DNA of 19,869 nucleotides from Acinetobacter guillouiae CIP 63.46 (GTDB lineage Bacteria; Pseudomonadota; Gammaproteobacteria; Pseudomonadales; Moraxellaceae): NCBI RefSeq assembly GCF_000368145.1, contig NZ_KB849283.1, positions 688,455 to 708,323 of the forward strand, read 5' to 3'. Shown piece by piece: positions 5,934 to 13,246 of this stretch (position 1 is its first letter; each line of letters starts with the position of its first letter). The notes under the pieces were generated by a model. It saw only the letters and a program-made list of their open reading frames with translations, ran no database searches and was not told where the DNA came from. The position numbers and the translations under genes were made by a program.

Positions 5934-6131
5934 TTATTTACCTTTAAATGCGTCATTGATGACGTTGTAGAGAAATACAGTTGCAAAGCAAACAGCGACT
6001 TGAGATAGCAATAAATTCGCATCTGCAACCGATATATTCAGTAAGTTAAACTCAGGTTCAACTTGCTGAATCCAAGCGACACATGTCTGGACTCGATCCA
6101 CTAGTTGTATTGATTCGCAGACATATGCCAT
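5934..6131 (-). CDS. Small TM protein in the gVII/gIX position, 65 aa
   Basis: It lies 2 nt upstream of gVIII and has a C-terminal hydrophobic helix (LLLSQVAVCFATVFLYNVI). Confidence 0.5.
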   Translation of the reverse strand: MAYVCESIQLVDRVQTCVAWIQQVEPEFNLLNISVADANLLLSQVAVCFATVFLYNVINDAFKGK

Positions 6132-6257
6132 GTTTTAAAATCCTATTTACAGTTGTAAAAATGAATAAAATAGAGATTCTGATCTTGTAGAACACAACCG
6201 CACTTCTTGCATTTATATATTGATTGTGTCATTATAAAATACTCTAAGTTATTGATT

Positions 6258-6285
6258 TATTTACATATTATACATTATACGAAAT
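6258..6285 (-). other. dif/pdif-like site A (complete copy), 6-nt central region
   Basis: Minus strand reads ATTTCGTATAA-TGTATA-ATATGTAAATA. The XerC arm equals the Acinetobacter pdif (Re27-type) XerC arm, and the central region equals E. coli dif. The XerD-type arm matches at 7/11. Confidence 0.6.
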
Positions 6286-6292
6286 GGTATAA

Positions 6293-6625
6293 TTATACCT
6301 TTGATAACTCAGGAGTTTTTTGATCTTGAGCTTTCTTTTCTTCTAACTGCAATGGCTTACCGTCACCAGTTGTCTTGTAATAAATATTGCGATCCATGGT
6401 TGATTGCTCAATCGGCAAATAAATTTCCCGACCACGATAAGACATGTAAAAATCTTTCATATGATGGTGATCTTCAATTACTTTTACGTTCTGTGAACAC
6501 GGAACCATTTTTTCTAAACCACGGTCATAACGTTCAGATTCGAAGATCAGGCGCATGTTTAGCCCTTTTTCGTTTGTTGATTGTTCAACATTTATAAGTT
6601 TTGCTTTGAAGATTAATTGAGACAT
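6293..6625 (-). CDS. gV-like ssDNA-binding protein, copy 2
   Basis: Identical to 25..357. Confidence 0.6.
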   Translation of the reverse strand: MSQLIFKAKLINVEQSTNEKGLNMRLIFESERYDRGLEKMVPCSQNVKVIEDHHHMKDFYMSYRGREIYLPIEQSTMDRNIYYKTTGDGKPLQLEEKKAQDQKTPELSKV

Positions 6626-6635
6626 GAGATTCACC

Positions 6636-7001
6636 TTAAGATACGAGTTTTAATTGACGTTGATTGAATGTAGAGACAGGCTCTATAAAGTTTGGCGGTA
6701 CTTGAGTTTCGAAATTGATTTCTACGAGTTTGATAAACGGTATGACGTTGTTTTTAGAGTCAATATGAAGATTCTGTAAATAAGCTTTTGAATAACCAGC
6801 AAGAATCAAATCTGCCATTTGTGCAAAGAACTGGGATTTTCCATATTGTTTTTTCATTGCTTCACAGCCATGAATTTCTAAAGCACAATAAAAGTTAAAT
6901 AGATTCCTTGCCTTAGTTGTACTAACACGACCTGTAGGCGTAACAGTACCAAAGACATTGCACAGAGTTTTAAAGATAGAATCGTGATCAGTAGTTTTCA
7001 T
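6636..7001 (-). CDS. Nested gene X analogue, copy 2
   Basis: Identical to 368..733. Confidence 0.5.
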   Translation of the reverse strand: MKTTDHDSIFKTLCNVFGTVTPTGRVSTTKARNLFNFYCALEIHGCEAMKKQYGKSQFFAQMADLILAGYSKAYLQNLHIDSKNNVIPFIKLVEINFETQVPPNFIEPVSTFNQRQLKLVS

Positions 7002-7877
7002 GGCTGAACCCTCAAGGGCTTTGAATATTTCAGAATTTGCTTTGACCCATAGGTCTTTTAAAAAATCAGGATTTTCACGTTGGTGGCGTATAAGTTGAAA
7101 TAAATTCGTTGGTAAACCGAGTTCTTTTAAAACATATTTCTTGATACCGGTTTCAAAGCGTAACAGCCCTTTTGCCCACGCTTGTAAATCAGGATCAGAC
7201 ATAACTTTGACAACACGTAAAGCACATTTATCATTAGCTTTTGATAACTTGATTTGTTCTTCTAGTTGATTCTGAAATTCATTAAATTTGCCGTAAACTT
7301 TACGTGCATAGCGTTTTGATCGTTCTGAACCGAAATAAATTGTATTCTTATAAACAATCTCTTTTTGTGATTTACGGATATGTCTTGAAGACATGTTACG
7401 CATAAAATCAAGGGCTTGTGCTACTTGGTTTTCATCTTTTAAACGTGCTGAATATGTTGCATCAAGCTGTAGAACTTCTGTTTCAGAAATACAAAGCATC
7501 GAGTAAAGCGTAGGATGTGATTCAGCAAGATAACCAAGCATTTCCATTGCACCTTCTTCAATCCAGTCAGAACCATAAACATTGTGACCTTGCAGAATCT
7601 TTGCTGGTGAAGCCTTGAGTTCAACATGTGGGTAATAACGACCCTCATGAAAGAATTTAAAAGCCATAGCTGTATGAGATGTGGGTAATCTTTCCCAACC
7701 ATGATTTAAAACACGATGTTGAGTTTTACCCTCTTCATCTTTGTAGACATCCCAAGAACCAACTTTTTTAAGATCAAGATCAAGCATGTCAAAACCTAAA
7801 ATGCAATGATTACCGTCTTCAGTGATATCAACTAAAGAAGCATCAATAGGAATATGCATTACGATTTTGTCTAACAT
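6636..7877 (-). CDS. Ff gpII-like replication initiator, copy 2
   Basis: Identical to 368..1609. Confidence 0.92.
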   Translation of the reverse strand: MLDKIVMHIPIDASLVDITEDGNHCILGFDMLDLDLKKVGSWDVYKDEEGKTQHRVLNHGWERLPTSHTAMAFKFFHEGRYYPHVELKASPAKILQGHNVYGSDWIEEGAMEMLGYLAESHPTLYSMLCISETEVLQLDATYSARLKDENQVAQALDFMRNMSSRHIRKSQKEIVYKNTIYFGSERSKRYARKVYGKFNEFQNQLEEQIKLSKANDKCALRVVKVMSDPDLQAWAKGLLRFETGIKKYVLKELGLPTNLFQLIRHQRENPDFLKDLWVKANSEIFKALEGSAMKTTDHDSIFKTLCNVFGTVTPTGRVSTTKARNLFNFYCALEIHGCEAMKKQYGKSQFFAQMADLILAGYSKAYLQNLHIDSKNNVIPFIKLVEINFETQVPPNFIEPVSTFNQRQLKLVS

Positions 7878-7994
7878 AGCTAATATCCACATGCATGCAA
7901 ATATGCATAAAGCGGAACTTAACACAAATATGCAAGTATGCGCAATACATGCATGCAAAAATACATGTATGATTTTCCACATGTTGATACTGGT
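7878..7994. promoter_or_regulatory. Divergent promoter/operator region, copy 2
   Basis: Identical to 1610..1726. Confidence 0.5.
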
Positions 7995-8195
7995 ATGAAA
8001 AAAATGGTTCAAAGCGTTCGAATAAACGATCAAGAGCAAGAAATGCTCAGAAAGAAAGCAGTTGAATTAAACAAAATTTTAATTCAAAAAGGACAACAGC
8101 CATTAAGAGATAGCGAGCTAATACATATTCTTGTAGAAGAAGGTTTAGAGCTATTGGAAGTTAGTAACAGCGGTACAGTGAAAATAATAAAGTAA
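7995..8195 (+). CDS. RHH-type regulator, copy 2
   Basis: Identical to 1727..1927. Confidence 0.6.
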   Translation: MKKMVQSVRINDQEQEMLRKKAVELNKILIQKGQQPLRDSELIHILVEEGLELLEVSNSGTVKIIK

Positions 8196-8202
8196 GAAAT
8201 AG

Positions 8203-8249
8203 TCCGAAATTCCGGAGTTAAGTCCACACTAGAGATGGTGGACTTTTTC
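8203..8249 (-). other. Putative plus-strand origin, copy 2
   Basis: Identical to 1935..1981. Confidence 0.5.
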
Positions 8250-8331
8250 AAGTCTGCCCTTTCACTTAGCTCTGTCCTTCGCCTCCTCCTCCTCGTACCT
8301 CGTCGTCGTCGTTGGCGTCCATCACAGAAAG

Positions 8332-8360
8332 AAGTCGCATAATGCGGATTGATGTTAAAT
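8332..8360 (+). other. dif-like site C, copy 2
   Basis: Identical to 2064..2092. Confidence 0.6.
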
Positions 8361-8431
8361 GCACTGCATTTCTTAAAAAAGAAAATGCCATTTTCTGATC
8401 GGGAAAATGACATTTTAATAAGGTGCAATGC

Positions 8432-8466
8432 AAGTAACATAATCACGCAGTTACATTATGCGAAAT
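8432..8466 (-). other. Prophage/chromosome junction site (site B with host flank on the XerC side)
   Basis: Same 35 nt as 2164..2198. Host sequence begins at 8467, immediately outside the XerC-type arm ATTTCGCATAA. Confidence 0.65.
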
Positions 8467-8569
8467 AATATAAATTAAGTAATTGATATAAATGGTTTTA
8501 ATAATTATAAAATTTAAACCTGAGCCACGCTAATCTCAATTTATTAAGATTTAAAAGCTATCAATAAAT

Positions 8570-9469
8570 CTAGAAATGAATTTTATCTCGATGCATCTCT
8601 ACAATCGTTAACCAAGCTTTGGTTGCTGGACTCATTGCTACAGTCGTATTCCAAGCCATACTCAATGTCCAATGTAATTTAGGCTCATTAAGGATTGCTG
8701 AGCAAAACTTCCCCGGATCTAACTGATCACAATAAATTTTGGGCAATATGGCAATCCCCATATTAAACTCCACCATTTTGGTGATAAAGTCCCACTGGCT
8801 ACTTTTACACACCACTTTGGGTTCAAAACCTACAGAATTTGCAGCCTGTATAATCATCTTATTTAACGTAAAAGAATCAGCGTAAAGTAAAAAAGTTTCT
8901 TCCTTAAGTTCATGCAAATTCACTGAATCTCGTTGATTCCAATGTGAATTTTTCTTTGCTAATAAACACATCGGTGAATCTATCACAGGAATTGCCGCAA
9001 AACTTGGCCTTAAATTACCGAGTAAAATCCCAACATCAATACTTTTATCAGCAATTGCTTCCTCAATACCATTAGCACCAACTTCTAAGAATTTCAATTG
9101 AATATCAGGATAATTTTGGTGAAATAAAGCAATTAAAGGACTAAGTAATACCGAACCTAATGGTGGTAAGCCGATGGTTAATTTCCCTTTTTTTAACTGC
9201 TGTACTTGATCAATATTATCAAATATTTGCTTTTGTTCATTTAAGATATTTAAAGCATGTTGATAAATTAATTCACCAATATAGGTAAGTACAACTTCCC
9301 TTTTTCTTCCAGCTTCACCTTTTTTAAACAAAGCTGTGCCAAGTTCTTCTTCTAAATGTTTAATTGATTTACTGAGTGTAGGCTGTGTCATAAACAAACG
9401 ATCCGCAGCCAAAGTAAAACTTTCGCAATTGACGATTTCTACAAAAATTTTAAGATTTTTAATGTCCAT
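8570..9469 (-). CDS. LysR-family transcriptional regulator, 299 aa
   Basis: It has an N-terminal wHTH (FTLAADRLFMTQPTLSKSIKHLEEELG), typical length, and lies divergent from the lrgAB-like pair. Confidence 0.93.
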   Translation of the reverse strand: MDIKNLKIFVEIVNCESFTLAADRLFMTQPTLSKSIKHLEEELGTALFKKGEAGRKREVVLTYIGELIYQHALNILNEQKQIFDNIDQVQQLKKGKLTIGLPPLGSVLLSPLIALFHQNYPDIQLKFLEVGANGIEEAIADKSIDVGILLGNLRPSFAAIPVIDSPMCLLAKKNSHWNQRDSVNLHELKEETFLLYADSFTLNKMIIQAANSVGFEPKVVCKSSQWDFITKMVEFNMGIAILPKIYCDQLDPGKFCSAILNEPKLHWTLSMAWNTTVAMSPATKAWLTIVEMHRDKIHF

Positions 9470-9568
9470 TAATTATTCCAAAATCGCATAATTATGGTTT
9501 AATTATTCATAATATGATGTGATGTTTGCAACTAAAATAACTCATCTTTTTAAAATATCTGCAATAAA

Positions 9569-10009
9569 ATGTCTACGCATACTCAAAGCCACCAAATTTC
9601 ATCAATTTATAAAGTCATATTGCAAATTGGGCTTTTAATTTTGATTTGGTGGATTGGTTCAATCATTCAAAAACAATTTAATTTACCTATTTCGGCAGCT
9701 GTGATTGGCTTATTTATGGTTTTGATTGGGCTCATGACAGGTATTTTTAAGTTAAATTGGATTAAATCAGGCTCAGATTTCATTCTAGGTGAATTGGTAC
9801 TATTTTTTATTCCTTGTTTTATCGGGTTAATGAAATATAAAAACTTATTTATGACTGAGGGTTGGCAACTGATTGTTGTGGTTGTACTGGGTACAATTTG
9901 TGTGATGGTATTTACTGCTTATAGTGTGCATATAGGTTTTAAACTAGAGCGGAAGTTGAAACAACGTCATGTTCATAAAACCGTACATGTATTACAGGGA
10001 GATAAATAA
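9569..10009 (+). CDS. lrgA: LrgA/CidA (YohJ) family membrane protein, 146 aa
   Basis: Small protein with four TM segments. It is translationally coupled (TAATG) to an LrgB-family gene. Confidence 0.85.
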   Translation: MSTHTQSHQISSIYKVILQIGLLILIWWIGSIIQKQFNLPISAAVIGLFMVLIGLMTGIFKLNWIKSGSDFILGELVLFFIPCFIGLMKYKNLFMTEGWQLIVVVVLGTICVMVFTAYSVHIGFKLERKLKQRHVHKTVHVLQGDK

Positions 10010-10704
10010 TGTCTGCCATTTCAATATTTTGCCTAGTGACCACATTAGTCGCATATGTGTTGGTCAAAAAACTTTATCGTAAATTTCCATACTTAATTTT
10101 ATCTCCAGCAATTTTGGTTCCGATTGTTTTAATCACCATTTTACTGTCAGCACATGTTTCTTATGATGCTTATATGCTTGATAGTCAGTGGATTATATGG
10201 ATGTTAGGGCCTGCAACTGTTGCCTTTGCAATCCCAATTTTTGAATATCGCCAAATCATTAAAGAACATCTCATTTCAATTTCTATGGGTGTGGTCATTG
10301 GTATGCTTGCTGGGATGATCAGTGCATTCTACCTTGCCAAGTTATTTCATTTTGACCAAACAACAACCTATAGTCTAATGGCGCGTTCAATCTCTACACC
10401 ATTTGCAATGGAACTAACAACCCATATCGGCGGTTCTGTTGAATTGGTGATTTTATTCACCATGATTACTGGGGTGACTGGTATGTTAATTGGTGATTTG
10501 GTATTGGGTGGATTAAGACTGAAATCAAGCTTTGCACAAGGTGCGTCTTTGGGTAATGCAGCACATGGTTTTGGTACAAGTAAAGCTTATATGCGTGATA
10601 AAGATGAAGGTGTTATTGCCAGTTTAACCATGGTTTTAGCTGGTATTTTTATGGTATTGGTTGGACCTTTTATTGTACACCTCATTGTCTATTTACTAAA
10701 TTAA
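10009..10704 (+). CDS. lrgB: LrgB/CidB (YohK) family membrane protein, 231 aa
   Basis: Family-typical motifs: GPATVAFAIPIF, ARSISTPFAMELT..IGG, GNAAHGFGTSKA. Confidence 0.9.
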   Translation: MSAISIFCLVTTLVAYVLVKKLYRKFPYLILSPAILVPIVLITILLSAHVSYDAYMLDSQWIIWMLGPATVAFAIPIFEYRQIIKEHLISISMGVVIGMLAGMISAFYLAKLFHFDQTTTYSLMARSISTPFAMELTTHIGGSVELVILFTMITGVTGMLIGDLVLGGLRLKSSFAQGASLGNAAHGFGTSKAYMRDKDEGVIASLTMVLAGIFMVLVGPFIVHLIVYLLN

Positions 10705-10731
10705 TCCGTACAGTATCGTTTTGAATGTTCT

Positions 10732-10756
10732 GAATCTCTTTTCTGCAAAGAGATTC
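10732..10756. terminator. Hairpin between convergent lrgB and the MFS gene (candidate bidirectional terminator)
   Basis: GAATCTCTTT-tctgc-AAAGAGATTC is a perfect 10-bp stem. The U-tracts are weak. Confidence 0.5.
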
Positions 10757-10758
10757 AT

Positions 10759-11922
10759 TTATCTTTGAATCATTTGTAATGTTTTAGGTAAAAAATTAAT
10801 CAATAGCAGGCCAAGCAAGGCTGAAAATCCAGCAATAATAAAAATATATTCTCCTGATAATTTTTCCCAATATTGCCCAGCTAAGATGCTGCCAGATGCA
10901 ACGCCAAGTCCCCACATGGTACTGTATAGTGCTTGCCCTCTGCCCTGTTGTTTGGCTGCAAAGTTCTGCAAAATGACCCGCATTGCAATAATATGAAATA
11001 AACCAAAACTAAATGCATGAAAAGTTTGAGAAATAAATTGAATAATGAAATTTTCTGAAAATAAACCCGCTAATATAAATCGAATACTGGTCATGATTAA
11101 ACAAAGTGCGACTAAGCTTCGCCATGAAAAACGATTTAGGAAGAAATTTGCATAGTTAAACATGATAATTTCAGCAATCACTCCAACTGACCATAAAAAG
11201 CCAATCTGAGTTGTACTGTAACCAGCAAGTTTTAAATAATTACTATAAAAACTATAAAATGGTGCTTGTGCAAAAAGCATAATAAATTCAATGATAAAAA
11301 ATGAAAAAACCACAGGTCTTTTTAGAATGGGAAGCAATGGTTCTAATATTTTTTGTGCACTCGGTGCTGTGCTGGGTTCCTTAATCGAAAAGGACCAAAT
11401 AAAAGCTGTAAATGCAATACATAACAACATCATTGGTAAATATTGAATTGCAATAACTTCTAAAATCGCACCGATACTAAATACGCCAATAATAAATCCA
11501 ATAGAGCCCCATTTTCTAATTTTTCCATACAATGCTGTATGTTGATTACCCAGCCAAAACAGCGTTACACCTTCAAATTGCGCAAGTATGGCATTTTGAA
11601 AGAAGCTAAAAATCAGCATCAGAAATGCAATCGATTGCATATTATTGGGAATAATAAAAATCAAAAACCAAATTGTAGCTTCCATCCAAGTTGCCACACG
11701 AACCCACAACATTCGTTTGCCCGTTTTATCTGCGATAAATCCCCAAATAAAGGGTGCAAATATACGGGTTAAAATGGCTATAGACGACAGTAATCCGATT
11801 TCTTGATAATTAAATCCTTGATCTTGAAGATATAAGCTCCAATACGGCAAAAAAGTTCCAACTATTGAATAATACCAAAAGTAGAATCCACTCAGTCTGT
11901 ATTGGATTGGCATAGATTGCAT
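10759..11922 (-). CDS. MFS transporter, HcaT (3-phenylpropionate permease)-like family, 387 aa
   Basis: It has 12 hydrophobic segments. Similarity to E. coli HcaT as remembered: YGKIRKWGSIGFIIG vs YGKVRLWGSVAFVIG; GYSTTQIGFLWSVGVIAEIIMF vs GYSASAVGYLWSLGVVAEVIIF. Confidence 0.85.
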   Translation of the reverse strand: MQSMPIQYRLSGFYFWYYSIVGTFLPYWSLYLQDQGFNYQEIGLLSSIAILTRIFAPFIWGFIADKTGKRMLWVRVATWMEATIWFLIFIIPNNMQSIAFLMLIFSFFQNAILAQFEGVTLFWLGNQHTALYGKIRKWGSIGFIIGVFSIGAILEVIAIQYLPMMLLCIAFTAFIWSFSIKEPSTAPSAQKILEPLLPILKRPVVFSFFIIEFIMLFAQAPFYSFYSNYLKLAGYSTTQIGFLWSVGVIAEIIMFNYANFFLNRFSWRSLVALCLIMTSIRFILAGLFSENFIIQFISQTFHAFSFGLFHIIAMRVILQNFAAKQQGRGQALYSTMWGLGVASGSILAGQYWEKLSGEYIFIIAGFSALLGLLLINFLPKTLQMIQR

Positions 11923-12502
11923 GTCGTTGCATTCACTTGTATTTTCAAACAGTTAGAGGAATAAAGCGTTGTATAAATTTGTACTCAAAAGCACTCATCC
12001 GTAGTTCAACTGTATACTGCTAAAAAAACATTATTTTTTCAAAAACCCATAATACTCTGTTATATATTTAATGTCTTTTAATAAAAATATATTTTGCTTA
12101 TTTGGTAAAATTGCTGGATTCGTAACAGACTTACGAGGCACTAAATTTAACGCAAAACACCTAACACCTTGATAATTGTCAAAGATTGAGCTGTTAATCT
12201 CGATATTACTAGATCTAGATTTGGGTTGGTTATTGTAGAAAAAGATCATGGATATGTTGTATATATATATTTAACAGCCAATAACTCGGAAAAAGCAATT
12301 TAGACTTATTATATTGCAAATCAGTGTTTTACTTTATAAGTATAGGAAGCTATCAAATTATATTTAGATTAGTTTGTTATGATTGATATTCAAATAATAC
12401 AGTAAATTAAATCTTAAACAAAAAAGTATAATCTGTAAATTAATAAGAATAAATTATGCTCTCTAAGTTTATATTTAGTGATTAAAAAATCAAAATAACA
12501 AT

Positions 12503-13231
12503 TTAAAAATATTGGAACCCCCAAATTTCTCTTCGCTTGGGTTGAATTTGTTCCACTAGTAAAAATAAAGTAAATAAAGGCATTATATACATCATTGGTT
12601 TCATCCACGCTATACATAACCACATAAATGGCCAACAAGCTCCTACGCAGTACCAGGCTTTTTTAATTCCAAATTTAAAATTATCAATACCAGACTGAAG
12701 CCCAAAAGGATTAATGTTTGCAGGAAGATGACAGCGATTTAGACTGATTTTTTTATATGGAGTTATCTGCCATAGAACTAAAACAACAATAATCAAGCAT
12801 GCCAATATTATTTGGTTATGTAATAATTCATTTAAATAATGTGTCAAAATTGAGAGTAAAACACCAATAAGTGTCCAAAAAAATATATAGCCGATAAAAA
12901 ACAATATTAAACATAACTTCCTTTTTCTCTTAAAGTTCTTTTTCTGAACATCCTCCACAGATAAAAAAAGTAATGGTAACATCATTGCTATCAACATCAA
13001 AAACCAATGCATATTAATAGTGTTATGAATAGCTGATAAAATAAAATTTTCATTATAATTAGTTTGATGTACATGATGAGAATGCTCACCATGTACAAAC
13101 TCTACAGCAATAGATTGCTCCATTGACAGTAAATTCTGAAAAATTAGCCACAACCAGACCAATAAAGCAATTTTCATTACAATTATAAAAGATTTTCTTT
13201 TAAATAAAGAAAAGTAGTTTTTAATCTTCAT
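12503..13231 (-). CDS. His-rich polytopic membrane protein, DUF2182/PpoB2-like candidate copper-delivery partner of the tyrosinase, 242 aa
   Basis: It starts 15 nt downstream of the tyrosinase stop on the same strand. It has about 6 hydrophobic segments, the motif HGEHSHHVHQ, Met-rich helices (MLIAMMLPL, MKPMMYIMP) and WQITPYKKISLNRCHLP. Confidence 0.6.
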   Translation of the reverse strand: MKIKNYFSLFKRKSFIIVMKIALLVWLWLIFQNLLSMEQSIAVEFVHGEHSHHVHQTNYNENFILSAIHNTINMHWFLMLIAMMLPLLFLSVEDVQKKNFKRKRKLCLILFFIGYIFFWTLIGVLLSILTHYLNELLHNQIILACLIIVVLVLWQITPYKKISLNRCHLPANINPFGLQSGIDNFKFGIKKAWYCVGACWPFMWLCIAWMKPMMYIMPLFTLFLLVEQIQPKRREIWGFQYF

Positions 13232-13246
13232 GGCTATTTAAACTCA

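Larger units (their letters stand above)
1..8466 (-). mobile_element. Integrated Ff-like inovirus region (replication/lysogeny module, morphogenesis module, replication/lysogeny module). Integrase-less, apparently XerCD-dependent. The left end is cut by the window.
   Basis: Minus-strand gene order is gII/X, gV-like, small TM protein, gVIII, gIII, gVI, gI(Zot), which is the Ff order. There is no integrase or transposase. dif-like sites sit at the module boundaries. Identity with the other copy ends at 8466|8467, where AT-rich host DNA and a LysR gene follow. Confidence 0.85.
6269..8466. repeat. Direct repeat copy 2, abutting the chromosome
   Basis: See copy 1. Upstream of 6269 lies phage sequence (tatttacatat) that cannot be compared because the window starts at the equivalent position. 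Confidence 0.95.

Noticed and set aside
11539-11772. + strand 77-aa ORF inside the MFS gene. Similar ORFs lie at 15544..15816 and 15548..15844 inside the MCO gene, and at 17854..18060, 18541..18744 and 18610..18885 inside benE.
   Set aside because: These are shadow ORFs within confidently assigned genes.
12031-12249. 72-aa minus-strand ORF in the 580-bp AT-rich gap; also 12414..12638 (74 aa)
   Set aside because: Neither has an RBS or a recognisable motif. The composition is typical of AT-rich non-coding DNA. The second overlaps the 3' end of the membrane-protein gene in another frame. A decayed gene remnant cannot be excluded.
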